DNA of 63,880 bases, counting the filler, from an uncultured Acidimicrobiia bacterium (GTDB taxonomy: Bacteria > Actinomycetota > Acidimicrobiia > Spongiisociales > JAOTWH01): assembly GCA_964347285.1 (NCBI GenBank). It is 8 parts of 8 records of this genome, joined end to end, with 100 filler letters (N's around TTAATTAATTAA, not from the genome) between each part and the next. Parts side by side here need not be neighbours in the genome. Positions count along the whole stretch, not along the records: positions 51,470 to 59,417 come from CAYFYE010000103.1; positions 59,518 to 63,880 come from CAYFYE010000142.1; 6 more parts are not named here. One strand, 5' to 3'. Below, piece after piece: positions 56,777 through 63,880 of this stretch. How positions within the stretch are numbered: position 1 is the first letter of the stretch; each line of letters starts with the position of its first letter. Made by a program: the position numbers and the translations under genes. The notes under the pieces are model-generated. The model made no database searches, was not told the DNA's origin, and saw only the letters and a list, made by a program, of their open reading frames with translations.

Positions 56777-57559
56777 ATGCAGCAAGCGGCGTTCTTCGAT
56801 CTCGACAAGACGGTCATTGCCAAGTCGTCGGCGCTGGCCTTCCGCCGCCCTCTCTACAAGGCAGGGATGCTCGGGCGTCGATCGCTGCTCAAGGCCGGCC
56901 TCGGCCAACTGTTCTACGTCCTGTTTGGTGCCGACCACGACCAGATGGAGCGGGTCCGGGCCGCCATGCTCTCTCTGACCCGGGGCTGGAACCGAGACGA
57001 AGTCGAGGATCTGGTCGAGGAAGCGCTCGAGGAGATCGTCGCGCCGCTGGTCTACGCAGAAGCGCTCTTTCTCATCGATGACCATCTGCGCCAGGGGCGG
57101 CGGGTGGTCATCATCTCGGCCAGCCCCGAAGAGATCGTCCGGCCCCTGGCCCACTACATCGGGGTCGACGAGGTGATCGCCACCCGGGCCAAGGTGGACG
57201 CCGACGGACATTTCACCGGTGAACTCGAGTTCTACGCCTACGGCGAAGACAAGGCGGCCGAGGTGCGACGCATCGCCGAACGGGACGGCCTGGCCCTCGA
57301 TGAGTCTTACGCCTACTCGGACAGTGCCACCGATATGCCTCTTCTCGAAGAGGTGGGCAACCCGGTGGCGGTCAACCCCGACAAAGAGCTGCGCAGGGTG
57401 GCCGAGGAACGGGGCTGGCCCATTCTGGAGTTCCAGCGCCAGGTGAGCCTGCGCACCCGGCTGGCGCGGCCGGTGCCGATCATCTCGGGCGCCACCCTGG
57501 CCCTGGCGGCCGGCGCCCTGACCGCCGCCGCCATCCTGCGCTCCCGGCGAAGGGGCTGA
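56777..57559 (+). CDS. HAD-IB family hydrolase (Rv3661-like)
   Basis: AAFFDLDKTVIAKSS, ISAS, YAYG..KA and AYSDSATD.P. Confidence 0.93.
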   Translation: MQQAAFFDLDKTVIAKSSALAFRRPLYKAGMLGRRSLLKAGLGQLFYVLFGADHDQMERVRAAMLSLTRGWNRDEVEDLVEEALEEIVAPLVYAEALFLIDDHLRQGRRVVIISASPEEIVRPLAHYIGVDEVIATRAKVDADGHFTGELEFYAYGEDKAAEVRRIAERDGLALDESYAYSDSATDMPLLEEVGNPVAVNPDKELRRVAEERGWPILEFQRQVSLRTRLARPVPIISGATLALAAGALTAAAILRSRRRG

Positions 57560-57562
57560 CCG

Positions 57563-58891
57563 CTACTCAGCGGATCGCCCGGCTCCGGCTCGAGCCTGCT
57601 CGATCCGCTGGGTCGTCAGCTTGGGAGCGGCGTAGACGAAGAGGAGCACATAAGCGGCGGCCGCCACGATGAACGGCATCCGCAGGGCCAGGCTGCGGTC
57701 GCCCATCCGCTCGAAGACCCACACCATGGCTCCACCGAGGGCCGCTCCGATCGGCATCATTCCCCAGCCAAAGAACCGATACACGCTGTTGACCCGGCCC
57801 AACAGCTGATCGGGAATGATCGATTGGCGCAACGACACCGTGATGACGTTCCAGAGCACGGCCAGGAACGCCGCCAAGACGAGCGCTCCGTAGGCGACCA
57901 CGAAGAACGACGTGACCCCTATCAGCAGCGCCGACGCTGACTCTCCGGCCAGCGTCATCCGCAGCGCGTTTCCGCTTCCCACGGCGCGCGATATCCGGGA
58001 TGCGGTGAAAGCTCCGATCACCCCGCCCACGGCTCCGGCACTGCCGAGGATGCCAAACAACTCGGGGCCGACCTCGAGGATCTCCTGGGCGTAGAGGACC
58101 AAGACCGAGAACCCCATCATGGCCAACCCGTTGATGAGCCCCAGGATCACCGCCAGCGAGCGGAGCAGGGGGTGGCGCCACAGCCAGCCGAAGCCCTCGG
58201 CGATCTCCCCGCGCCAGCCCGCTTCCCCGGCGGCGGCTCGGCCCGCTCCGGCCGGAGAGAAGCTGCCGGCGATGAGGGCGACGAGCACCACCGCCAATGC
58301 GAACGTGGCCGCATCGAAGAAGAACGGCAGCGAAAACGCAACGGCGATCAGCACACCACCCAGCGGAGGGCCCAGGAAGTCGTTGGTCACCGTCTCCGCG
58401 CCCCACAGGGTGCCGTTGGCTCGCTCCAGCTGGTCGGTACGGACCACTGCGGGCAAGATGGTTTGCGCGGCGTTGTCTCGCAGCACCTCGGCGAAGCCGA
58501 AGATCAGGGCCGAGGCGTACAGCAGCACCAGATAGGCCTCCGGCCCCGTGCGGAAATCGCCCTCCGCCACCGCCGCCGGATCGGGAAGCGACCCTTGGCC
58601 GGCCAGCACGACCACAGCCACGAGGGTCGTCGTGGCGAACCGGATCACGTCCATCCACAGGATCAGCTTGCGCCGGTCGACCCGATCGGTGACGACGCCG
58701 GCCGGAAGGGCGAACAGCAGCCAGGGCACCCGCTGCACGACCCCGATGAGGGCGATCAGGAGCGGGTTGCGCGTCACGGCCGAGGCCAACCACGGATAGG
58801 CGACCCGGCCCACCCCGTCTCCCAGATTGGAGACGACGCTTGCCGACCAGAGTTTCCAGTAACGGGAGCCGAGGCCGGTGCGCTCGCTCAC
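57563..58891 (-). CDS. MFS transporter (MFS_3/DHA3-like)
   Basis: VSNLGDG, GVVTDRVDRRKL, LERANG and LLGRVNSVYR. Confidence 0.92.
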   Translation of the reverse strand: MSERTGLGSRYWKLWSASVVSNLGDGVGRVAYPWLASAVTRNPLLIALIGVVQRVPWLLFALPAGVVTDRVDRRKLILWMDVIRFATTTLVAVVVLAGQGSLPDPAAVAEGDFRTGPEAYLVLLYASALIFGFAEVLRDNAAQTILPAVVRTDQLERANGTLWGAETVTNDFLGPPLGGVLIAVAFSLPFFFDAATFALAVVLVALIAGSFSPAGAGRAAAGEAGWRGEIAEGFGWLWRHPLLRSLAVILGLINGLAMMGFSVLVLYAQEILEVGPELFGILGSAGAVGGVIGAFTASRISRAVGSGNALRMTLAGESASALLIGVTSFFVVAYGALVLAAFLAVLWNVITVSLRQSIIPDQLLGRVNSVYRFFGWGMMPIGAALGGAMVWVFERMGDRSLALRMPFIVAAAAYVLLFVYAAPKLTTQRIEQARAGAGRSAE

Positions 58892-59417
58892 TGCCGGAGA
58901 CGTCGGGCGTTCAGCACCCCGATGAGGAGATCGGGCCGGTCGGTGACGATGCCGTCCACCCCGACATCGAGTAGACGATGCATCTCGGCCATCTCGTTGA
59001 CCGTCCACACGTGCACGTGCTTACCGCCGGCGTGGGCGGCGGCCACGAAGCGCTCGTCGATCGTGCCCAATCCTCTCAGTCGGGCCGGGATCTGGAGTGC
59101 GTCGGCCGGGCCGGGGGCGGCCCGTCCCACGCGGGAGGCGGCCCAGGCCGCCGAAGCCTCGGCGGGACCGGCCGAGGTGGCCACCCGGCCGGCGCTGGCC
59201 TTGCGGAAGCGCTGGATGCGCCGATCGTGAAACGAGCCGACCAGCACCCGATCCTCGGCGCCGAGGCGCCGGACCAGCTCCGCCAGATCGCCCTCGATCC
59301 CCGGCTGCTTCACGTCCAGGTTGAAGAGGCGGTCGGGGTAGATGAGCAGCGCCTCTTCCAGTCCGGGAATGCGCTCTCCGGTTCCCCGGCGCGGGTAGTC
59401 CTCGTCGGGCCGGAACC
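58888..59417 (-). CDS. Glycerophosphodiester phosphodiesterase (5' partial)
   Basis: FNLDVK, VGSFHD, HVHVWTVNE and GVDGIVTDRP. Confidence 0.9.
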
Positions 59418-59517
59418 NNNNNNNNNNNNNNNNNNNNNNNNNNNNNNNNNNNNNNNNNNNNTTAATTAATTAANNNNNNNNNNNNNNNNNNNNNNNNNNN
59501 NNNNNNNNNNNNNNNNN
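59418..59517. other. Artificial contig linker
   Basis: N44-TTAATTAATTAA-N44. Confidence 0.99.
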
Positions 59518-59743
59518 TGCCCAGTGCGTCAACCCCGGAGGGAACGAGCCAAAGGCCGACAACAAGGACGAGGTCGCTGCTCAAGACACCTTCCCGGTGC
59601 AGAACGGCAAGGCGCTCTTCGAGCTGACCGTCGTGGCTGAGTTCCAGCCTGATTGCAGTCCACCGATGACCGTCGTGTTCACTGATCTGGTCGTCACCGA
59701 CCTGACTCACGACATTTCGAGGAGCTTCCCCGGACCGTTCTAG
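59518..59743 (+). CDS. C-terminus of a hypothetical, probably secreted, protein (5' partial)
   Basis: Hand translation AQCVNPGGNEPKADNK...FQPDCSPPMTVVFTDLVVTD...GPF*, followed by a hairpin. Confidence 0.65.
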
Positions 59744-59765
59744 AGAGGGAGGTCTAGTGCAACCT

Positions 59766-59792
59766 GCGGGGACCCCTGCGAGGGGTCCCCGC
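59766..59792 (+). terminator. GC hairpin / terminator
   Basis: GCGGGGACCCCT-GCG-AGGGGTCCCCGC. Confidence 0.65.
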
Positions 59793-60374
59793 TCTAGTGC
59801 CTTCGCCGCTGAGCCAGCCAACCCCTTCCGCCGCGACCATGCCAGCCTCGAGGCGCTGACCAGGGTTTTGCCGTCATCCGATCGCTGGATTAGCGCTGTG
59901 TCCAACCCTTCGGAGGCCGCGATGGCGGGAAAGACGGGCCTCTCAGCGGCTCTGAGGACCGGCCCCCCTGGCGGCGTTCGGGTTGTCGGACAGCTCCGCA
60001 TGAGAGCGCCGATACGGCTGTACCAGGTGGTATCGGGCACGCCTTCAGCGCGTTCGGCGTGTCGAGGGGACCTACTGGGGTGATCGTTCCCGCCCATCTT
60101 CCCCCCGTTTGCGGGGTCCTTCGAGGGCGAATCACAGGGTTACAACAGGGAGGGTTAGCCCCCACCGACGGGACAAAGGGGGCCAAAGAGTCACAAAGGC
60201 ACCCGCCCACCGGTGAGAGCCGGGGCAGTGTAACGCCGGGGTTGACGGCCAGGAACTTGACCCCCTCAACTTGCTAGGCCCCCCCCGTCCACACAGACCC
60301 CGCTCGCCCCTGTGGCACGCTACCGCGTAGCTTCCAGATTTTGACACGTGTGGATTCGGTCTCTGGTGGCGGTG

Positions 60375-60821
60375 CTAGCCCTTCCGGGCGGCGGCCACCG
60401 CAGCCATCGCCGCCAGGCCAACCCGGTCCTTGGGCCGCACGTACTGCCGCATCACGTCGGGGTCCTTGTGACCCAGCGCCCGCATCAGCTCTAGGTCGGA
60501 GACCCCGTTCAGCTCCGCCGTCGTGGCAAAGCCCGCCCGGAGGTCGGGCGCTCGCGGACGGCGCTCGTACTCAGTCACGTACTCCTGCGTCACCCCGGAC
60601 CGCTCGGCTGCGGGGTGCCACGCGTCCGCAAAGCCGCTCTGCCGCACTGGCGCGGCGCCGGTCAGGGACCGGAACACGAGGTCGTAACGCTCGCCGTCGA
60701 TCTGGACCGGGTTCTCCAGGCCGAAGACCCGGTTCCCGTCGAAGTGCTTGCGCAACGGCTCCACGAGGTGGTAGGGCAGCCACACCGTCCTGCTCTTAGC
60801 CGTCTTGGTCCCCGGCGCCAT
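60375..60821 (-). pseudogene. Tyrosine recombinase/integrase C-terminal relic
   Basis: TKTAKSRTVWLP, PDLRAGFAT (H of HxLR replaced by P), ALGHKD and catalytic Y; N-terminal half and first catalytic Arg absent. Confidence 0.78.
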
Positions 60822-60895
60822 AATGGGTCCTCAGACCGGCGAATAGCCTTGAGTGCGGAAGCGGCCGACCGGGCACTCCTACAGGAGGTCGCACG

Positions 60896-62170
60896 ATGCC
60901 CAGCAAATGGGATGATCAGAGCAAGGAGCGGAAGTTCCACCCCGAAAGCCTGATGATGGGCTACGGCTACCACCCCGAGTGGTCCGAGGGATCCCTGAAG
61001 AGCCCGATCTTCCAGACCTCCACGTTCGTCTTCGAGACGGCCGAAGAAGGCAAGGCGTTCTTCGAGGTGGCCTACGGGCTCCGAGAGCCCGAGCCTGGAG
61101 AGGAGATCGGGCTGATCTACAGCCGCCTCAACAACCCCGACCTGGAGATCCTCGAGGACCGCCTCACGTTGTGGGACCGGGCCGAGGCGGCCGCAGTGTT
61201 CAAGAGCGGAATGGCCGCCATCAGCACCACCCTGCTGACCTTCCTGCGGCCCGGCGACGCGCTGCTCTACAGCCGCCCCATCTACGGCGGCACCGACCAT
61301 CTGGTCAATCACGTCCTCCCCCAGTTCGACATCGAGCCGATCGCGTTCCCGGCCGGCGCCGGTAGTCAAGAGGTCGAGACGGTGATCGCCTCCTCGGGCG
61401 CAGCCGACCGCATCAAGATGATCCTGATCGAAACGCCGGCCAATCCCACCAACGATCTGGTCGACATCGAGGGGTGTGTGCGAAGCGCGGCCCGCCTCTC
61501 CGACGACGAGCGCCGGGTCCTGGTGGCGGTGGACAACACGTTCCTGGGTCCGCTCTTCCAGCACCCCCTCGACCACGGCGCCGATCTGGTCCTGTACTCG
61601 GCGACAAAGTACATCGGCGGACACTCCGACCTCATCGCCGGCGCCTGCCTCGGCAACGGGGAGCTGCTGGCATCGGTCCGGGCCATGCGCACGTTCCTGG
61701 GCACGATGACCGGGCCATGGACCGGCTGGCTGATGATGCGCAGTCTGGAAACGCTCAAGCTCCGCATGACCCGCCAGGTGGAAACCGCCGAGCAGATAGC
61801 CCGCTACCTCGCCGGGCATCCCAAGGTGGAACGGGTCTACTACCTGGGCCTGATCCAGCCCGGCGATCCCCAATTCGACGTCTACAAGAGACAATGCCTG
61901 TCCCCGGGAGCGATGATCTCGTTTGACGTTCCCGGCGGGGAACCGGCCGCCTTCCGCTTCCTCAACGGGCTCCAACTGGTCAAGCTGGCCGTGAGCCTGG
62001 GCGGCACCGAGTCGCTGGCGGAGCACCCCTGCTCCATGACCCACGCCGACGTGCCCGACGAGGAGAAGGAGCGGCTCGGCATCTGTCGGGGCATGGTCCG
62101 ATTGTCGGTGGGCGTCGAGCACCCCGACGACCTGGTCGCCGACATCGAACACGCCCTCTCGCTCGTCTGA
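60896..62170 (+). CDS. Methionine gamma-lyase / cystathionine gamma-synthase family PLP enzyme
   Basis: IYSRLNNP, SGMAAI, ETPANPT, VDNTF, YSATKYIGGHSD and AVSLGGTESL. Confidence 0.92.
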   Translation: MPSKWDDQSKERKFHPESLMMGYGYHPEWSEGSLKSPIFQTSTFVFETAEEGKAFFEVAYGLREPEPGEEIGLIYSRLNNPDLEILEDRLTLWDRAEAAAVFKSGMAAISTTLLTFLRPGDALLYSRPIYGGTDHLVNHVLPQFDIEPIAFPAGAGSQEVETVIASSGAADRIKMILIETPANPTNDLVDIEGCVRSAARLSDDERRVLVAVDNTFLGPLFQHPLDHGADLVLYSATKYIGGHSDLIAGACLGNGELLASVRAMRTFLGTMTGPWTGWLMMRSLETLKLRMTRQVETAEQIARYLAGHPKVERVYYLGLIQPGDPQFDVYKRQCLSPGAMISFDVPGGEPAAFRFLNGLQLVKLAVSLGGTESLAEHPCSMTHADVPDEEKERLGICRGMVRLSVGVEHPDDLVADIEHALSLV

Positions 62171-62220
62171 GCACCGGTGGTGATTAGCCTCGCTTCGATC
62201 CGCCGAGGTTGGAGGCGCCG

Positions 62221-63168
62221 GTGAATCCGTTGCGGAGCGCCCTGCTGTGGGCCTCGGAGAGTCCAACGCTCAAGGAACGCGTCCCCACGTGGCGCTTCGT
62301 CCGCAGGGCCCTCCGCCAGTTCATGCCCGGTGAGAAGCTCGAGGACGCCCTGGGTGCCGCCCGGGGGCTGGCGCAGCGAGGCATCGTGACCACGTTCACC
62401 GCACTCGGCGAGCACCTCAACGACATCGCCGAGGCCGATGGAGTGACCGACCATTACCTGGGCGTGCTCGACGAGGTGCACCGGCGCGGGCTCGACACCG
62501 AGATCTCGGTGAAGCTGAGCCACCTGGGCCTCGACCTCGACCAGGCCCGGACCTCCCGCCACCTCCGCAGCCTCGCCGAGCGGGCCCGGGAGCTGGACAA
62601 CTGGGTGTGGATCGACATGGAGTCGAGCACCTACATCGACGCCACTCTCGAGGTCTTCCGACAGGTCCGCCCCGACTTCCCCAACGTGGGCATCTGCCTC
62701 CAGTCCTACCTCCGTCGCACCGGCGCCGACCTCGATGACCTGCTGCCCCTCCACCCGGGAATCCGATTGGTCAAAGGGGCCTACCGCGAGCCCAATGAGA
62801 TCGCCTTCCGGTCCAAGCGCGACGTCGATGCCGAGTTCCTCCGGCTGAGCGTGACACTGCTCGATCGGGCCGCCGACGGGGATCTGCGGATCGCCATGGC
62901 CACCCACGACGTGCCGCTGCTCGACCGCGTCGCCGCCCTGGCCAGCGAACGGGGTCTGGGCCGCGACGCCTACGAGGTTCAGATGCTGTACGGGATCCGC
63001 ATGGCCGACCAGTACCGGATCGCCGCCGAGGGATACCCGATGCGGGACCTGGTGGCCTACGGCTCGGCCTGGTACCCCTGGTACGTGCGGCGACTCGCCG
63101 AGCGCCCCGCCAACCTGCTCTTCGTGATGCGCAACATGTTCGGTGCGCCGCCGCCGCAATTGGACTGA
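62221..63168 (+). CDS. Monofunctional proline dehydrogenase
   Basis: SVKLS, IDMES, LQSYLRRT, RLVKGAY, ATHD, QMLYGIR and YVRRLAERPAN. Confidence 0.93.
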   Translation: MNPLRSALLWASESPTLKERVPTWRFVRRALRQFMPGEKLEDALGAARGLAQRGIVTTFTALGEHLNDIAEADGVTDHYLGVLDEVHRRGLDTEISVKLSHLGLDLDQARTSRHLRSLAERARELDNWVWIDMESSTYIDATLEVFRQVRPDFPNVGICLQSYLRRTGADLDDLLPLHPGIRLVKGAYREPNEIAFRSKRDVDAEFLRLSVTLLDRAADGDLRIAMATHDVPLLDRVAALASERGLGRDAYEVQMLYGIRMADQYRIAAEGYPMRDLVAYGSAWYPWYVRRLAERPANLLFVMRNMFGAPPPQLD

Positions 63169-63464
63169 GTGCCCTTCACCGGCGCACCTGGGGGGCGCAA
63201 CCGCAATCGGTGTGTTCGCTCTCCCCTGATGTTGCGGAAAGTAGTTAAGATGCTGCTGATTGCGGCCGCGGGGCACCGCAAGCAGCGTCACGTGGAGAGG
63301 GCCACCGGCCATGTCCGACAGAACCGACCAGATCTCGTCGACCGAGTTGCCCCCCGCTGTCGGCCCAACCACCGCCCGGAGCCCCTCCGCAACGCCTCAT
63401 TGCCCGCCGTCCACCGCCTCACGACCATCGGCGTCGTCCCTCGAAGTCCTCAAAGGCAGTGCTC

Positions 63465-63880
63465 GTGTCCGATGAGGGTGGCTTCGACTCGGCGGCGAGC
63501 CCCGGCGGCAGCCCGAACCTGAAACAGGCAACCGTATCCGGAATGCTGTGGACCGGGGTGGGCAAGGCGTCCATAGCCATCCTCCAAATCCTCGTCCTGG
63601 CGGTACTGGCCCGTCTGCTCACTCCGACGGACTTCGGGATCATCAGCGCGGCGCTGGTGATCACCCTTCTTGCAGAGCGGTTCTCCAGGCTTGGGCTGGG
63701 CCAGGCCCTCATCCAGCGCAAGAACCTCGATGCCGCCCACGTCGAGGTCGCCTTCGCCTTCACGCTTCTGTTGGGCGTTCTCCTCGGAGCCGTAGTGTGG
63801 ATCACCGCCCCTCAGGCCGCTTCGTTCTTTGGGATCAGCGAGGTCGACCCCGTCCTTCGCGTCCTAGCGTGGCTGTTCCC
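63465..63880 (+). CDS. wzx: Wzx-type polysaccharide flippase (3' end runs off the window)
   Basis: Hand translation LKQATVSGMLWT...LARLLTPTDFG...LGLGQALIQRK...APQAASFF; start uncertain. Confidence 0.88.
   Translation, partial: MSDEGGFDSAASPGGSPNLKQATVSGMLWTGVGKASIAILQILVLAVLARLLTPTDFGIISAALVITLLAERFSRLGLGQALIQRKNLDAAHVEVAFAFTLLLGVLLGAVVWITAPQAASFFGISEVDPVLRVLAWLF

Noticed and set aside
57559..57563. Ms1 RNA, which lies downstream of the HAD-IB gene in many actinobacteria
   Set aside because: The HAD and MFS genes converge with only 3 bp between them, leaving no room.
63311..63475. Small ORF with RBS upstream of the flippase
   Set aside because: Low-complexity product with no motif; may be a frameshifted flippase leader or spurious.

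Overview
This window is not contiguous DNA. It is eight GC-rich contigs (1-8787, 8888-17561, 17662-26180, 26281-34733, 34834-43151, 43252-51369, 51470-59417, 59518-63880) joined by artificial 100-nt N44-TTAATTAATTAA-N44 linkers. The complete contigs fall in descending size, as in a concatenated metagenome bin. Gene content suggests an actinobacterium, probably Acidimicrobiia-like (inference from the actinobacterial-type SerC, the Ssd/Tad/HAD-IB locus, LPxTG proteins and an F420-type LLM). Housekeeping content includes 2-oxoacid:ferredoxin oxidoreductase, an NMT1/THI5-type ABC transporter with a xanthine-dehydrogenase-family Mo enzyme, SerC, ferritin, SixA, a Tad pilus cluster, a methionine gamma-lyase-like enzyme, proline dehydrogenase and a flippase. 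The most unusual observations are: (1) an intact cbb3-type CcoN-like membrane protein lacking all six metal-ligand histidines, fused to an intact CcoO-type cytochrome c and lying between a second cytochrome c and a divergent ferredoxin/cytochrome b operon; (2) an intact HD-GYP phosphodiesterase fused to a long cadherin-like Ig stalk; (3) a cassette of a secreted Pro-repeat protein and an O-antigen-ligase-type transferase lying between two reciprocally decayed copies of the flanking genes; (4) a GH149-like glucan phosphorylase and an archaeal-type GAPDH; (5) a C-rich hairpin at the syntenic position of 6C RNA; and (6) many internally deleted gene and IS relics. No rRNA, tRNA or CRISPR array was seen. 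All family assignments are from motif recognition only; no database searches were run.
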